Below are positions 21,201-32,159 of a DNA stretch of 64,000 nt, piece by piece. This DNA comes from a virus. Numbering within the stretch: position 1 is the first letter of the stretch; every line of letters starts with the position of its first letter. The DNA is taken from IMG/VR virus record IMGVR_UViG_3300031787_009175, positions 30,784 through 94,783 of that record; one strand, written 5' to 3'. Both the position numbers and the translations under genes were made by a program. The notes under the pieces are model-generated. The model was given only the letters and a program-made list of their open reading frames with translations. It was not told the origin of the DNA and made no database searches.

Positions 21201-24200
21201 AGCCGGTTGATTTACAATTCTGAAACACCCTTGTAATCCATTTCCATCAAAATAATACGTAAGATTTTGGTCAAGACCATAAATTGTATTATATGTCATA
21301 CCAAAACCACTGAAATTGTATGTGGTACCTGATAGTAAATCACAACAAGCGCTGAATGATTTTTGATTCGATGTTGGTGTTACGGTAGGTGTTGGGGTTG
21401 ATGTTGGTGTTGCAGGTGGAGTTGGTGGAGGTGTTTCAGTTGGTGTCGGTGTTACGGTATTTGTCGGTGTTTGTGTGTTTGTTGGTGTCGGAGTAGGTGT
21501 AGGACAAACACCCCCTACGCAAGCACCAATTAATTCAGCAGTCCCAGAACCGAAACTAGTTATACTCCTTACACAAAAATTACCTGAAACTCCTGGTGCG
21601 ACCGATTGAGATACACCATTACAATCAACATATACTAATGCTGTCGAAGTCCTACCAATACTAACTGTTATAAAATAACAATCACAAACAGGGGTTGTTG
21701 GTGTCACAGTCGGAGTCACAGTACTCGTAGGTGTGGGTGTTGGTGTTGGGCATGGATTTGTTGATGTACAATCCTCACAAGAAGATTGTAACAAAATACT
21801 TTGATATTGAAAGTTTTCAGGTATGCCGATTTTATTCACACATCTAACGCATCCACTGAATCCTATCGTTTCTACGTAATAATAGTTACCAACTAATGGG
21901 GCAAATGCAAAAGGTATATCAAAAATTCTTATTTGTCTGTTATCACAACAACCAGTAAATAATCCAACTACGGGTGGAAATTGTGTAATAGTCGGAGTTG
22001 GCGTCAATGTTGGTGTTTGCGTGACAGTATTTGTTGGTGTGGTAGTATTGGTAGGTGTAACAGTATTGGTAGGTGTAACAGTATTAGTTGGAGTTACAGT
22101 ATTGGTCGGCGTTTGAGTTGGTGTTTGTGTTGATGTGGGACTTGGACTTTGACCAGGTGTAGGGGTAGGTGTTGGGGTCGTAGTTGAAGTAGGTGTTGTT
22201 GTAGGTGTTATAGTTGGAGTCGATGTTGGACTCGGACTAATGTCAACACAAGGAGCTAGTATTCCTGAATTATTAGACTGGCAAGTAAAACAGTCGTCCT
22301 CTAAAATGTAACCCACAATTGAGTAATTCAGATTAGGGGAAACGTTGGACGTGATTGTCACACAAGCATAGTAAGGATTGCCACCCACGGTAAACTCCAT
22401 CAAGTAAAAATCTCCAACATCACCAGCAGTAAACAAAGCTCCTGTTTGATAAATTTTACCATTTCCACAACAATCAACAGCCGCAATTTGTAGAGGAGTT
22501 GTTGGTGTAGGAGTTATAGTTGGAGTTTGTGTTTTAGTAGGTGTTACAGTTTGAGTTTGAGTATTCGTTGGTGTATTAGTTGGTGTTTGGGTTGTAGTAT
22601 TTGTAGGTGTTTGTGTGTTGGTTGGTGTATTTGTAGGCGTCTGCGTTGAAGTATTTGTAGGAGTGTTTGTTGGTGTTTGTGTCGAAGTGTTTGTAGGGGT
22701 AGTAGTAGGGGTATTAGTAGGCGTTTGCGTGTTTGTAGGTGTTTGAGTTGTTGTGTTCGTAGGAGTATTTGTAGGAGTATTTGTAGGGGTATTAGTAGGT
22801 GTTTGAGTATTTGTTGGTGTATTTGTTGATGTTTGGGTTTGAGTGTTAGTTGGTGTATTAGTTGGTGTTTGTGTATTGGTTGGCGTGACAGTGTTAGTCG
22901 GAGTTTGTGTGTTAGTCGGAGTTTGTGTGTTAGTCGGAGTTTGTGTTGTCGTAGAAGTTGGAGTGTTAGTTGGAGTTTGAGTAGATGTTGGCGACGGGGT
23001 TGCACCTGGTGTTGGTGTGTTAGTGGGAGTTTGAGTATTAGTTGGAGTTTGTGTGTTAGTCGGAGTAATAGTATTTGTGGGTGTAACAGTATTAGTTGGC
23101 GTTTGTGTGTTAGTCGGAGTAACAGTATTCGTAGGTGTTTGAGTATTCGTAGGTGTTTGAGTATTGGTAGGCGTTTGAGTATTCGTAGGAGTCAGCGTAT
23201 TCGTTGGCGTTTTAGTATTGGTAGGTGTTTGGGTATTAGTTGGTGTAACCGTATTTGTTGGCGTTTGAGTATTTGTAGGTGTTTGAGTATTCGTAGATGT
23301 TACAGTATTAGTTGGGGTATTAGTAGGTGTTTGAGTTGTGGTATTAGTTGGGGTATTAGTAGGTGTTTGAGTTGTGGTATTAGTAGGGGTGTTAGTTGGG
23401 GAAGGGGAAACTGCTGGGGTAGGAGTTTGTGTATTAGTAGGGGTTATTGTCGGAGTATTGGTTGGGGTGACAGTGGATGTATTTGTCGGTGTCTGTGTAT
23501 TTGTCGGGGTGATTGTATTAGTTGGCGTTTGTGTATTTGTCGGGGTGATTGTATTAGTTGGGGTTTGTGTATTGGTTGGTGTTGTAGTGGGAGTTTGTGT
23601 CTTAGTGCTAGTAGGTGTAACAGTATTAGTCGGGGTATTAGTTGGTGTTGTTGTGTTCGTTGGTGTGTTAGTCGGTGTCTCAGTATTCGTTGGTGTGTTA
23701 GTCGGTGTCTCAGTATTAGTTGGTGTGTTGGTTGTTGTCTGAGTTGGTGTAGGTGTTGGAGTTTCACCTGGTGTTGGAGTTACAGTAGGTGTAACTGTTG
23801 GAGTCACGGTTGATGTTGGTGTTTTTGACGGGAATGGTGTTTTTGTTGGAGTTCTAGTTGGGGTACTTGTTGTGGTTTCAGTTGGAGTATTTGTTGGAGT
23901 GAGAGTTATGGTCGAAGTATTAGTTGATGTTATTGTATTGGTAGGTGTTATAGTGTTAGTTGGTGTCGATGTATTAGTTGGTGTATTAGTTGGTGTTTCT
24001 GTATTTGTAGAAGTATTTGTCGGAGTGTTAGTTGGTGTCTCTGTATTTGTCGGGGTATTAGTCGGCGTATTGGTTGGTGTGACAGTATTTGTCGGTGTTG
24101 GAGAAGGGGTTGGACAAGTAGCACTACCTGTCGTTGCACTTAAACATTCTGTACATCCTGTATATATAACTACTTTCTGTAAGTTGTAATAGAAATTTGT

Positions 24201-25076
24201 AAACTCCCTTGCAACCACAGAACATCCACTAAATGCGTCAGTTTCGAAATAATAAACTTTTGTGGGGTCCACCTTATCTATATAACCAACATTATCTATC
24301 AGGTTGAATATATATCCCCCACAACAAGAGCTAAATGTTAGAGGTAATAAAGTTGAGGTTGGAGTTACCGTTGGTGTTGGTGTTGTAGTAGGTGTAGGAC
24401 ATACACTAGAACCTGTCTCGGCCGACAAACATAAATCACAAGTATTATATTCAGTTAGAGCGGTGTAAGTATATGTTGCACTCGGTCTACCAAACCCAAC
24501 TGTTGCACAAGTACTAAAACCTGAGTCAGTTTCAACATAGTATGTTTTAGTTTGGTCTAACACATCCTCTATTTTACCGTTAGATACAGCAAAAACAAAA
24601 TTACCACAACAAGATATAAAAGATAATGTTAAATTTGTTGGTGTTATTGTAGGAGTTGGTGTTTGGGTTGGTGTTGTTGTTGGCGCTGGCGTTCTTGTCA
24701 GTGTTGGTGTTGCAGTAATTGAAGGTGTAACTGTTGGAGTAACTGTATTTGTGGGGGTTACTGTTGGAGTATTGGATGTTGGTGTAACTGTAGGGGTTAC
24801 AGATGGAGTTACGGTTGGTGTTGGTGTAAATGTGGGGGTTGGTGTTTGTGATATTGTACAATCTATCACTTGGAATGTTTCGCAACCAACCCCATCGACA
24901 ATTTTCAAAATCAAAGGATTCAACCCCTCGAACTCTGCCGGTATAGGGTCTTCTATTGTCGGTGGAATTGTTGTTAGAATTTCAGACAATAGGTAACAGG
25001 TTGTGAGAGTTAAATCACAAATACTTATACTATATGGTGGGGTTCCCGTTACATTATTAACCTGAATTATATTCAT
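15207..25076 (-). CDS. Giant 3289-aa mucin-like protein: Thr/Pro repeats, Cys-rich modules, vWA-like and delta-60 beta-propeller domains (probable virion fibre)
   Basis: Uninterrupted ORF; TPTNTQ/TPT blocks; repeated FxxCC...C...CxxC modules; DASPS MIDAS-like motif; [23 protein letters not shown] repeats; TATTTAT upstream. Confidence 0.85.
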   Translation of the reverse strand: MNIIQVNNVTGTPPYSISICDLTLTTCYLLSEILTTIPPTIEDPIPAEFEGLNPLILKIVDGVGCETFQVIDCTISQTPTPTFTPTPTVTPSVTPTVTPTSNTPTVTPTNTVTPTVTPSITATPTLTRTPAPTTTPTQTPTPTITPTNLTLSFISCCGNFVFAVSNGKIEDVLDQTKTYYVETDSGFSTCATVGFGRPSATYTYTALTEYNTCDLCLSAETGSSVCPTPTTTPTPTVTPTSTLLPLTFSSCCGGYIFNLIDNVGYIDKVDPTKVYYFETDAFSGCSVVAREFTNFYYNLQKVVIYTGCTECLSATTGSATCPTPSPTPTNTVTPTNTPTNTPTNTETPTNTPTNTSTNTETPTNTPTNTSTPTNTITPTNTITSTNTSTITLTPTNTPTETTTSTPTRTPTKTPFPSKTPTSTVTPTVTPTVTPTPGETPTPTPTQTTTNTPTNTETPTNTPTNTETPTNTPTNTTTPTNTPTNTVTPTSTKTQTPTTTPTNTQTPTNTITPTNTQTPTNTITPTNTQTPTNTSTVTPTNTPTITPTNTQTPTPAVSPSPTNTPTNTTTQTPTNTPTNTTTQTPTNTPTNTVTSTNTQTPTNTQTPTNTVTPTNTQTPTNTKTPTNTLTPTNTQTPTNTQTPTNTQTPTNTVTPTNTQTPTNTVTPTNTITPTNTQTPTNTQTPTNTPTPGATPSPTSTQTPTNTPTSTTTQTPTNTQTPTNTQTPTNTVTPTNTQTPTNTPTNTQTQTSTNTPTNTQTPTNTPTNTPTNTPTNTTTQTPTNTQTPTNTPTTTPTNTSTQTPTNTPTNTSTQTPTNTPTNTQTPTNTTTQTPTNTPTNTQTQTVTPTKTQTPTITPTPTTPLQIAAVDCCGNGKIYQTGALFTAGDVGDFYLMEFTVGGNPYYACVTITSNVSPNLNYSIVGYILEDDCFTCQSNNSGILAPCVDISPSPTSTPTITPTTTPTSTTTPTPTPTPGQSPSPTSTQTPTQTPTNTVTPTNTVTPTNTVTPTNTTTPTNTVTQTPTLTPTPTITQFPPVVGLFTGCCDNRQIRIFDIPFAFAPLVGNYYYVETIGFSGCVRCVNKIGIPENFQYQSILLQSSCEDCTSTNPCPTPTPTPTSTVTPTVTPTTPVCDCYFITVSIGRTSTALVYVDCNGVSQSVAPGVSGNFCVRSITSFGSGTAELIGACVGGVCPTPTPTPTNTQTPTNTVTPTPTETPPPTPPATPTSTPTPTVTPTSNQKSFSACCDLLSGTTYNFSGFGMTYNTIYGLDQNLTYYFDGNGLQGCFRIVNQPAENLYYLNSNTGSTFASCSGCTNSQGECSFNPIYQMCQCSATTDLTKNIYVFYDASPSYSPSTLSGASQNIRSWYSDLVNNSGYTGNLYEMVVYGMNWMWWSCYPYLGSLLGGTLSSGFISNPLNCYVVDGGVGTVNYNINRGLNFDGTKNQYSSGIRNSFSSDTVNSSPIYTYGGNVDSFRDTNYITINIINEAQNAYTTNTSGYNTSGNTTNQPDNFNFNLTNVLDDYEAYLNVWYDLKYVSLGEIENFLYPEPSFAGILPQPYNLPIGYQFILTSLAIIEGETNTSTYFGNKYNFNGGVWPFINPVMSPNWTFVTLETINPITAFTASTVYQNLTPSLQDGVGLKNFNWQIDPTVTGFSTTNITNSFNRIISYNEPTDNCVFVDEPLPINLGDVVGLSNLSGCWTLVDIIDSSPSVISSYITGATFDNCELCSAQVTRCFSSCCNSIKFIFADEFASIPYNYEIGETLYIVSDLFVGCATIIESNPTTIYTLTNPPALSSVYNDCDACQLDIYGTINCVSQTPTKTPAPTPTPTKTQTPTTTVTPTNTQTPTNTQTPTNTQTPTVTPTVTVTQTPTLTPTPAPQFQVWEFRDCCTQTDVKYYLLDTFTHSWSVGDVVTDTTNNQCYSAYQYLPEEGTYSESYTTTAYTTCWECVQTVGCPMIFLDCCSGDTQFVVNVVPTGQTTQYGTQFSYDLQIGNTTTTQGTGGLGGGTAVGVCLYFNGSSTIGSVNPQVPFPVSSFLSDCSTCESNYLNQYCTRARFTDCCTETLTYYFNVNNTGWDIGDIVQYEDPTITGTKCFKLVAFDNSQSGVFSYEIPDFQTGECLQCQQQNKCECGFTAYDFISCCDDPYGTPTLVTFGIVPENFVAGNVVINPDDSLPYSMVSASTGNFGTNCFINYDYINCTVALNNLGNPCGFGVRDYTNCCDGGDIIPIYDAGYSIYFQPVIVYNDLCYSRGGGSVETTGATIAWTGYSDCNGCTSVNLESYVLSSCTVSGLTFTADSTTTLLENNTYNITGFPDVFYKDQEFVYGIGFSGLNAQVSSLLQLTQKADTIIYGGSFSAYNGNIAYLYTSTNGVGTFDSLFDSNEFQNYTDAGGANSYVFDTIEQSTGNIILGGRFTGYGVNNVNYIVRTTDAGVYDNTFSSSTGFNQEVYVLTLDTLVQDRFFVGGTFTTYSGFSSPGLIKLKSNGEIDTSFVNYGNGAEMRDIFTIKLQSDDKVVVGGNITGYNSNPLKGIMRLNTDGTLDTTFSGTVNNVGGLGGAIDLVIQNDGKIVVVGGFSSANTQNIVNIVRFDSGGTIDNTFNAQSWSSGFTSTQIFLKILLLSDGKFLVGTNKNIGKLYYVNSDGSLLQTMTGSTNSEFYDIIKIDNQSGRYLVGGNFSSITINNVTYNANNIIGIERIEENCFTVIDTLTGCVNSQFTATVNGGPYVDCANCLSPVSSTPTPTPTPTPTPTPTPTKTVTPTVTQTKTPTKTPTPTKSQTPTQTPTLTQSPTNTQTPTQTPTVTKTPTVTPTPTQTNFEVTLETESCCTSQTYYVRLTGLTSLQYNEFITAQVFQIYLAPPNNMCLQVLGLSSNSPDITTSLSASYKVSRDCDECIFINTPSDCCCGPNITNITYSFQQNGGWTYSVFFDLIDCNSCCDVNVQYSTVSPNGPWLGFIGSVNFSCTSPQTVNNGPIPNSFTNLFFRVVKICCDPLSEGACPPAGDRSSVICQQVSGFSNTYTITRIQGCNIYSMTREPLGYTTLTNISRYAQPPTSLATNIWYEDIEVQLSSGSLTTFANIYSPTNKMYFADMNNIYEFTTTATNFNPIYNRTINVTGGNIIKIANNQPGTNNILHYVKSVLGVQKMYRVNIATSTPVETFLFDLPSGGTLNGSIHLYEEPSSFVLPIKVGVDTYLVDIIYNQFTFTYSVQSTTQKLNLPVSNGASGPFFPFPGITLPQFYVATVNGAVFNITFSSGNYVFTLVSGDMIPGPPGTTYTTITDLTHDPKCAPWGLP
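22495..24110 (-). repeat. Coding tandem repeats ([10 protein letters not shown]) forming the main mucin-like block
   Basis: Degenerate 12- and 18-bp units such as GTATTAGTTGGTGTTTGA; about 540 aa made almost entirely of T/P/N/Q. Confidence 0.9.
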
Positions 25077-25080
25077 ACCG

Positions 25081-25087
25081 ATAAATA
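25081..25087 (-). promoter_or_regulatory. Putative late promoter TATTTAT
   Basis: 4 nt upstream of the ATG of the giant gene. Confidence 0.55.
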
Positions 25088-25148
25088 CACCTTTTACTGA
25101 ATTTAATAATAACCAAACATATTATGAATTAAATATTTACTTTGTCAT

Positions 25149-25559
25149 TTAACACGTTGGTGTTGATGAAGGTGTTCTTGTTACTGAAGGAGTCATTGTT
25201 GGGGTTTTAGTTTGTGTAGGCGTTTGTGTAGGCGTTTTAGTTGGGCAAGGATTTATTGTTGGTGTAACGGTCACAGTCGGTGTTGGGGTCGGAGTTTGGG
25301 TTCTTGTAACCGATGGGGTAGGTGTTGGTGTTGGAGTTGGCATCGGCACCGAAATTGTATAAGAACAATCCTTGTTAACTATATAAATCGAATAGTCACC
25401 ATAAATATATTGAGGTGGTGATAAAGTATTGGAACTAAAAACGTAAGGTAAAACTTGTTCACCAAGATAAAATGAAATTGTTTTTCCATACGGAGTGAAC
25501 ATAATCTGAGCAGTTTCCCCTGAAAAATTTACACTTTCAATCGTTATAACTTGTTGCAT
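25149..25559 (-). CDS. Small protein with a C-terminal Pro/Thr mucin-like tail
   Basis: About 70-aa globular N-terminus followed by PTPTPT... repeats ending in Cys. Confidence 0.75.
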   Translation of the reverse strand: MQQVITIESVNFSGETAQIMFTPYGKTISFYLGEQVLPYVFSSNTLSPPQYIYGDYSIYIVNKDCSYTISVPMPTPTPTPTPSVTRTQTPTPTPTVTVTPTINPCPTKTPTQTPTQTKTPTMTPSVTRTPSSTPTC

Positions 25560-25561
25560 TA

Positions 25562-27484
25562 TTATGGTAGATTATAGGTTATATCGTTTGTATCACAAAC
25601 AGGGTAACACTTTGGACAATCAGGATTAAACATATCAAACTTATCTTTTAACAAAAGGAAATTATGTTTGACCTCTGGTGCGGTTAATGGACTAACATAC
25701 ATTCTGAATTGACTTATACCACCCTCGAATGTTCCTGCAAAATTTTGTTCAATCAGTATGTTAGTTGTTAATGACGATAAAGATGTTGCACTCAAAACGT
25801 TATTAGGAAATAACTCAGGGTCCTGTATATAAGAATTTGTCAATCCTGTTGGACATGCTGAAAAAACTAAATTCTCTCTTAGTCCTTGCGTCCCACCTCC
25901 CCAAGATATATTAAAAGGAACTCCAATTTGTTTTTCTTTGTCAGCATTTAGAGCTCTTGGTATTATCTCTTCTACATCTTCAATGGTGTAAAATATTCTT
26001 CCATTTACGTAGATTTTCAATCTACCGTTTCTGTAGTGTTTGTCTATCAACCATTTTTCATTTAACTGAACTATTTCAATTTGCTCAGGTGTTAGATTTT
26101 GATGTGTCACAGGTGGACTTATCAAATAAACTGAATTGTTTGCCAACGAATCCAAGTAAACCAATTTTGTGATATCACCTAATCCTCCTCTAAAATATAA
26201 ATCACAAGTATCAAGCCATGTGTAACGTTCCCAAACCACATCAACCAAAAACCAATGTTCAGAGGTTGTATAAGCAGAATTTACACCCAAACAATAATCA
26301 TATATTCCATTTGGAGAACAGTAATTATCTATTGTATATCCCGTCGAATAAGTAATACCACTTGTTTCACAAGAACCCGTTGTTTCACAGTCGCCAGTAA
26401 ATCTCAAAATTCTCACACCAATTTTAGGATTCCCATCTTCACCACACAATCTCAGAGAAATTGCGTTTGACATCGAATCATAGATTGGGTCTTTATCAGG
26501 AATATTTGATATCGTTCCTGAATTACATCCGCACCCACAACCTACTGCGTGAGAAACCGTAATTCCTGTTGGTTCATATACGTCAACACATCTTGAATTT
26601 GTGACACCAGTATTTGAACAAGCACAAGTTTTTAAACAATCTGCTAATGATTCCGTAACTCTTGTATATCCTGTGTCAGATGATGGAACACCGTTTGCGT
26701 GATGACCGTACTTGTTTTCGGCTCTTGTTCCCATATAAAAGAACATATTTCTATTATCAGGATAAATTTCATTTAATGTTGTTTGGCCTGTCGTTGCACT
26801 AAATTCGTTTGTCAAACGAGGTTTAATAATCATTTCCACGGACCATCCTTTATTCATTCTTGATGGAAATAGGTCATAATCATAACCAAATAACTTGTAA
26901 AACCCTTGGTAAAATCCACCATATAACTCTTGGTAATAACCAATGTAGGGGTCTATCTTTGATACTATTTCATATATTGTTTGGGCCGATATTCCTGAAA
27001 ACCTAACATTTGGAGATGATGTATATCCTGTGACTTGAGTTAGTTTTAATCTTCTATCGAAATTATATCTACCAAACTTATCTGAATCCGAAAATAATCC
27101 TTGAGTTATTGTGATGGTTTGTCCGGTCATTCCCGTTACCAAACCATTATCAATACCTGTTAAACCTATGTCACACAAAGTTTCCGAACTAAAACAAGTT
27201 AAATCCAATCCATTAGGATTATAATAATTTTCAGAAATCAGAACATTGTTGAAATTATATTCACCATAAGATAAACTCAACCTTTGATTTGACGACAAAC
27301 TATTCAAATCAAAATAAAATGGCAGTCGATTACCGTATGTTTGGGCAATCAAATAAGGTGAAAAAACTACTTCTTGATTGAAATCCAACTCGTCGGAAGC
27401 TAATGATATATCATTCAAATCGTAGAAATGACTATCTAAATAAAACTTCTTGAAAACATACTGATTAATGTTTTGTTGTGCCAT
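25562..27484 (-). CDS. Putative virion protein with LamG/ConA-like elements
   Basis: [40 protein letters not shown]; start moved to MAQQ at 27484, downstream of the TATTTAT motif. Confidence 0.6.
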   Translation of the reverse strand: MAQQNINQYVFKKFYLDSHFYDLNDISLASDELDFNQEVVFSPYLIAQTYGNRLPFYFDLNSLSSNQRLSLSYGEYNFNNVLISENYYNPNGLDLTCFSSETLCDIGLTGIDNGLVTGMTGQTITITQGLFSDSDKFGRYNFDRRLKLTQVTGYTSSPNVRFSGISAQTIYEIVSKIDPYIGYYQELYGGFYQGFYKLFGYDYDLFPSRMNKGWSVEMIIKPRLTNEFSATTGQTTLNEIYPDNRNMFFYMGTRAENKYGHHANGVPSSDTGYTRVTESLADCLKTCACSNTGVTNSRCVDVYEPTGITVSHAVGCGCGCNSGTISNIPDKDPIYDSMSNAISLRLCGEDGNPKIGVRILRFTGDCETTGSCETSGITYSTGYTIDNYCSPNGIYDYCLGVNSAYTTSEHWFLVDVVWERYTWLDTCDLYFRGGLGDITKLVYLDSLANNSVYLISPPVTHQNLTPEQIEIVQLNEKWLIDKHYRNGRLKIYVNGRIFYTIEDVEEIIPRALNADKEKQIGVPFNISWGGGTQGLRENLVFSACPTGLTNSYIQDPELFPNNVLSATSLSSLTTNILIEQNFAGTFEGGISQFRMYVSPLTAPEVKHNFLLLKDKFDMFNPDCPKCYPVCDTNDITYNLP

Positions 27485-27498
27485 TTTATTTTTTATAG

Positions 27499-27525
27499 AT
27501 AAATACACAACATCAGAGTATTTAT
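27499..27525. promoter_or_regulatory. Divergent pair of putative late promoters (TATTTAT)
   Basis: ATAAATA at 27499-27505 and TATTTAT at 27519-27525 between divergent genes. Confidence 0.6.
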
Positions 27526-27536
27526 TGTAAAAAACT

Positions 27537-28373
27537 ATGATAAATTACAATCAAGAATATTATAGTTCGCCTTATTATTTCTTTTTGAGAGATATGGGGG
27601 ATAAAGTTTCTTTGTATTATTCAGTGGGGGAAACCTTGAATGAATCAAGACGAAGCGATAGGAAGAGAGATTTTGATAAAAAAGATTCACCAAAAATAAA
27701 ATCTTTGATTTCTAAAATTCTTTCTAAGAAAAAGAAACCACAATCAACTGATGAAGTTGAAAAGGAACTCGATGAATTAATTGAACCTGATGGGTCTTTT
27801 GCAACTTCTTCTACTCCAATATTAGACTTATCTTTTCATCCTCGTAGAACGATGGACCAAACTGTTATTACAACAAGACAAACCAACAATCCTGTTACAA
27901 GAGGTTATAGTCGTATCTATTATGGCGAATCAAAAGAAGAAGAACCTGTTGTCAATGAGGTAGATTATTCTGAAGCGTTTGGTTATGAAGAAACAAAAAA
28001 TTTGGATGGTAAAAAAACCTACAAAACTTTAGTTAAAAAAATGGGTATGGAACCCGAGGAGGCGAAAGCTAGAACAAAACAATTTGGTAAAGACCCAACA
28101 GGTAAACGAGACAAAAAATCTAAATACAGAAATAAAAAAGGATTCATCGCCAAACTCACTCTATCTGAAATGGAGAAACTTGAGATGAAAAAAATGATTG
28201 AAAATCTTTTATCTAAAAAAAATTCTGATGATGCTGATGTTATAAGAAAAGATATGGCCGAGGATACTCCCGTGTCTAGAATGGTAAAGAAAAACTTAGA
28301 TTCAATAAAAAAAATGGCAGAAAAAGGGGGTATCTCGATTAACCAACTAATCAAAATGTTGAGAAGTGAATAA
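27537..28373 (+). CDS. Hypothetical protein (late, possibly head-associated)
   Basis: 278-aa charged ORF with several L/V-x-E sites. Confidence 0.7.
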   Translation: MINYNQEYYSSPYYFFLRDMGDKVSLYYSVGETLNESRRSDRKRDFDKKDSPKIKSLISKILSKKKKPQSTDEVEKELDELIEPDGSFATSSTPILDLSFHPRRTMDQTVITTRQTNNPVTRGYSRIYYGESKEEEPVVNEVDYSEAFGYEETKNLDGKKTYKTLVKKMGMEPEEAKARTKQFGKDPTGKRDKKSKYRNKKGFIAKLTLSEMEKLEMKKMIENLLSKKNSDDADVIRKDMAEDTPVSRMVKKNLDSIKKMAEKGGISINQLIKMLRSE

Positions 28374-28830
28374 GGATTTGTATAATAAAAAAGTCAAAGT
28401 TCCTGATGAAATACGTGAACATATGCGTAATTCATTCAACTCAGTAAGTTCCGAGTCAACTGATGAAGGTCACAAACGAAATACTGAACTTCAGAATGCA
28501 AACGAAATCACATACCAACAACTAAAAAGAATCAAAAATTACTTCGATAACTTCAAAGGAGATGTCCAAGAAAAATCTTATGTATTGAATGGTGGTGATT
28601 ATATGAAAAAATGGGTAGATGAAACCTTAAGATATTTGAGAGATGATAATTATAATTCAAAAAAAATTGCATCGGATACTGGAATGCCAAACGAATTCAA
28701 TCAAGAAAAACAACAAGATGATATTTCATCTATGAATAGACCAAGTAAATCACACAGAAAAAATAACGATGACGTAAAAATCACCGAAGCCCTGAAAAGG
28801 ATAAACGAATTGATGAAAAAAATTATTTAA
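28366..28830 (+). CDS. Hypothetical protein
   Basis: 154-aa ORF overlapping the upstream stop; ITYQQLKRIKNYFD...GG...W resembles a small domain seen in phage head-associated proteins. Confidence 0.65.
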   Translation: MNKDLYNKKVKVPDEIREHMRNSFNSVSSESTDEGHKRNTELQNANEITYQQLKRIKNYFDNFKGDVQEKSYVLNGGDYMKKWVDETLRYLRDDNYNSKKIASDTGMPNEFNQEKQQDDISSMNRPSKSHRKNNDDVKITEALKRINELMKKII

Positions 28831-28831
28831 T

Positions 28832-29125
28832 ATGTCAGTCAGAATTCCAATCGATACTGCACAACCAGCAAATAAAATGACTGCGGTTGCAGACGAACAA
28901 AGAAGAAAAATTAAGGCAATCAATGATTATTTGGACCAAAATCAATACACGAGCACAAATCCTGATGCTTTGGCTGATGGTGATAATATGGGTCGTGGAA
29001 CTGGTCAATTTTTGGATACAAATAATTATAACGCAGGAACATCAGATGATATTCTTAAAAGAAAAGAAGCGTTTGCCGGCGCGAAATACAAACCTCAAAG
29101 TCCATATACAACACCAAGCGCTTAA
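28832..29125 (+). CDS. Hypothetical protein
   Basis: 97-aa ORF, translationally coupled (TAATG) to the WYL gene. Confidence 0.65.
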   Translation: MSVRIPIDTAQPANKMTAVADEQRRKIKAINDYLDQNQYTSTNPDALADGDNMGRGTGQFLDTNNYNAGTSDDILKRKEAFAGAKYKPQSPYTTPSA

Positions 29126-29514
29126 TGAAACTTTACAACTCCCTCAAAACTCTTATTTTAGAAGTGGCGTCTTTAGGTGCTGTCAGGGATGCTATTTCCA
29201 AAAAAAATAAATGTGTAATTTACTATATCGGAGATGAACCAGGAGGAAAAGGATTAAGAGAAATTGAACCTGTTTGTTTAGGATATAGTAAAGCCGGTAA
29301 CTTGGTTTTAAGAGCTTGGGATTATGAAGGAGCGTCACATACGGCATATAAAGGAAAACAACCTTTACCTGGTTGGAGGCTTTTCAGATTAGATAAAATT
29401 ACTATGTTTAGACCTTTGGATATTAAGTTTTTTGACCCTAGACCTAATTATAATAAAAATGGAGATAGGAGTATGACAAGAGTTTTAATAAATGCACAAT
29501 TTGACCAAGAATAA
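29125..29514 (+). CDS. Stand-alone WYL-domain protein
   Basis: REIEPVCLG...GNLVLRAW...WRLFRLDKI WYL signature; no HTH. Confidence 0.8.
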   Translation: MKLYNSLKTLILEVASLGAVRDAISKKNKCVIYYIGDEPGGKGLREIEPVCLGYSKAGNLVLRAWDYEGASHTAYKGKQPLPGWRLFRLDKITMFRPLDIKFFDPRPNYNKNGDRSMTRVLINAQFDQE

Positions 29515-29516
29515 TT

Positions 29517-30119
29517 ATGAGAACAGAAAATGATTTGATACAAAAATTGATGATATCAAAAAAAATAATGGATAAACATAAAGAAATGCCAAGAGGTAGT
29601 GTCAGCGAAAGTGATGTTATGATGATGTCAAATCCTGATGTAGAAACTTTTACACCAGTACCAGCAAAATATAATATCCCATCAGAGTTCATGCAAGAAC
29701 AAGAAATCAGTAGACCCGTTAATACAAATCCTGGCCCTATCACGGAAGATAAAATCAGAAATTCAAAATTACCTGATGAAATTAAAAGGTTAATGATGGA
29801 ACACCCAATTAATCAACCTCAACAAACTGGCCCAACTTTATCAGATGATTTAGTGGCTAAAGCATCACGACTGATGGGAACTAATAAACAAAATGTGGTC
29901 GAATCTAAAAAAACAACAGGACCACTTCCTAAGCATATTGAATCTCCATCAATTGACAAAAATGAAATTGCTGCAATTGTAAGAGAAACAGTAGAGGAAG
30001 TCCTAAGAGAGAACGGATTATTAATAGAATCAACTCAACGAACCAAAGATAACTTTACTTTCAAAGTAGGTAATCATATTTTTGAAGGGAAGTTAACTAA
30101 GATAAAAAAGGTTAGTTAA
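29517..30119 (+). CDS. Hypothetical protein
   Basis: 200-aa ORF ending the operon before a terminator. Confidence 0.7.
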   Translation: MRTENDLIQKLMISKKIMDKHKEMPRGSVSESDVMMMSNPDVETFTPVPAKYNIPSEFMQEQEISRPVNTNPGPITEDKIRNSKLPDEIKRLMMEHPINQPQQTGPTLSDDLVAKASRLMGTNKQNVVESKKTTGPLPKHIESPSIDKNEIAAIVRETVEEVLRENGLLIESTQRTKDNFTFKVGNHIFEGKLTKIKKVS

Positions 30120-30142
30120 GTTTTAGTATTATTTTTAGGAAG

Positions 30143-30176
30143 AAACCCCGACACATTAGTTGGGGTTTTTTGTTTT
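30143..30176 (+). terminator. Intrinsic terminator
   Basis: AAACCCCGAC-acatta-GTTGGGGTTT followed by a T-rich tract. Confidence 0.85.
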
Positions 30177-30183
30177 AGGTGTG

Positions 30184-30212
30184 TTGATATTCTGATAGAT
30201 AATCTTTATATT
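30184..30212 (+). promoter_or_regulatory. sigma70-like promoter of the second glycan/replication operon
   Basis: TTGATA-N17-TATATT, 20 nt before the ATG at 30233. Confidence 0.5.
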
Positions 30213-30232
30213 TTTCACAAATCAATTCATAT

Positions 30233-31495
30233 ATGAGCGAAAAAATCAAAGTGTTAGTGCTCCCATCAGACAAAACTGGCGTGGGCAAATTTAGGTCTGT
30301 TGACCCCCACGTTATGTTACAAAATATGTATCCTAACGATTTTCACGTAGACATTGACTACGAACCACGTATCAATGACATCAACTATTGGAGACAATAC
30401 CAAATTGTTCATATTCACAGAAATATCGGCAATATGTATGAACATACTCCGAATATCATTAGGATGTTAAAATCATTAAATATTGTAACAATAATTGACA
30501 TCGATGACTATTGGATGCCAGGCAAAGAACATCCAATTCACGATATTATACGTCAAAACAAAATCAATGAAAAGATTGTCGAAAACCTGAAACATCCTGA
30601 TTATGTAACAACAACGACATCTATCTTCGCAAAAGAGTTAAAGAAGATTAATAAAAATGTTGAGATTTTCCCAAATGCGATTGACCCATCTGAACCACAA
30701 TTTAACGAACCAACAGAAAAGTCTGATAAGATAAGAATTGGTTGGTTAGGAGGCTCTTCACACTTGCATGACCTTCAATTGTTAGAAGGTATGGTTTCTA
30801 AATTATCACCTATTCAAGATAAAATCCAATATGTAGTGTGCGGATTTGACACAAGGGGAACTATCACTGAAATTAACAAACAAACAGGTGAACAAAAACA
30901 AAGACCAATTCAACCTCACGAAACGGTTTGGGCAAAATACGAAGAGATATTCACAAACAGATATCAAATTATCACACCTGAATATAAACTTTTCTTAGAT
31001 AAATTTATTGAGCAACCTTTCGAGAATGAAAAAAATGAAAATTACAGAAGAGTTTGGACAAAAGATATTACACAATATGCTAGAAATTACTCTAAATTTG
31101 ATATCTCAATTGCACCAATCAAAAGTCATATGTTCAATATCGTCAAATCTCAATTAAAAGTTATTGAAGCAGGTTTTTATAAAAAGGCACTTATCGCATC
31201 AGAAGTTGGTCCATACACGATTGATTTGAAACATGCTATTAAGAACGGACAATTTACAGATGGGAACGCACTATTGGTTCCTGAATCAAGAAATCATAGT
31301 GATTGGGCTAAAAACATCAAAAAGTTGGTAGATAATCCAAATATGATTGTAGATTTGGGTGAACGTCTTTATGAAACCGTAAAAGACACTTATGATTTAA
31401 GAAATGTAACGAAGGCTAGAGCCGAATGGTATAAATTAATAGTTGATAAAAAAAACAATGTTGAACATACCCTTAACCAAAATTTTGTTTCTTGA
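30233..31495 (+). CDS. GT-B (GT4-like) glycosyltransferase
   Basis: DIDDYW, FPNAID, RIGWLGGSSH, FDISIAP...KSQLKVIEAG, ASEVGPY. Confidence 0.8.
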   Translation: MSEKIKVLVLPSDKTGVGKFRSVDPHVMLQNMYPNDFHVDIDYEPRINDINYWRQYQIVHIHRNIGNMYEHTPNIIRMLKSLNIVTIIDIDDYWMPGKEHPIHDIIRQNKINEKIVENLKHPDYVTTTTSIFAKELKKINKNVEIFPNAIDPSEPQFNEPTEKSDKIRIGWLGGSSHLHDLQLLEGMVSKLSPIQDKIQYVVCGFDTRGTITEINKQTGEQKQRPIQPHETVWAKYEEIFTNRYQIITPEYKLFLDKFIEQPFENEKNENYRRVWTKDITQYARNYSKFDISIAPIKSHMFNIVKSQLKVIEAGFYKKALIASEVGPYTIDLKHAIKNGQFTDGNALLVPESRNHSDWAKNIKKLVDNPNMIVDLGERLYETVKDTYDLRNVTKARAEWYKLIVDKKNNVEHTLNQNFVS

Positions 31496-32159
31496 TATTG
31501 AAACCGTAGGTATTACCTATGATTACAATCAATGTAAGGAAAAATATCCGAGACTTGCGGAACAGTTTTCAAACTACTTCGATTGGTTTCAGAAACGTTT
31601 TCCTGAGGATGACGGAAAATCTTTTGACTACGTTTTCAGTTTAAGGTCCTCTCTTGTTCCCGAATTCGCAAAAGTTGTTTGTGTAAGTGCATCATTTGTT
31701 ACTGATAAAGGTGAAATAAAAACTCAAACATTTTCATCCGATGATGAATCAGAAGTTTTGAGAGATACACAAAAACTATTGGACAGATGTGGAAAACTTG
31801 GATTTTATCTTTGTGGTCATAACTTAAAAAACTTTGATATTCCGATGTTATCAAAACGCATGGTTATCAATGGAATTTTACCTCCACAAATATTACCAAG
31901 TTATGATACCAAACCTTGGGAAATAAAGGCGATTGACACAAAAGAACTTTGGCAGTTTGGGGCTTATTCATCCATTGGTTCACTTGATTTAATGTGTGCA
32001 AGTATGAATGTTGAGTCATCAAAAGATGGCGAAATAACAGGTAAGGATGTTCACGAAGCTTATTGGAAAAAATCAAAATTGAAACAAATTGCTGAATACT
32101 GCGAAAAAGATGTTAAGGTATTAATAGACGTAATAAAAAAATTTAAAGAATTAAAATAA
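31458..32159 (+). CDS. Stand-alone DnaQ/PolB-type 3'-5' exonuclease
   Basis: FLDIET, GHNLKNFDIP, YCEKDV (DEDDy). Confidence 0.85.
   Translation: MLNIPLTKILFLDIETVGITYDYNQCKEKYPRLAEQFSNYFDWFQKRFPEDDGKSFDYVFSLRSSLVPEFAKVVCVSASFVTDKGEIKTQTFSSDDESEVLRDTQKLLDRCGKLGFYLCGHNLKNFDIPMLSKRMVINGILPPQILPSYDTKPWEIKAIDTKELWQFGAYSSIGSLDLMCASMNVESSKDGEITGKDVHEAYWKKSKLKQIAEYCEKDVKVLIDVIKKFKELK

Noticed and set aside
22495-24110. Possible CRISPR array or telomere-like GT repeats
   Set aside because: Units are multiples of 3, vary at synonymous positions and have no unique spacers; this is a coding repeat
22544-24996. Val/Gly-, Cys/Ser/Arg- and Gln/His-rich ORFs in other frames
   Set aside because: By-products of the low-complexity Thr/Pro codon repeats of the giant gene
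28887-29210. Alternative-frame 107-aa ORF
   Set aside because: Overlaps two better-supported, translationally coupled genes
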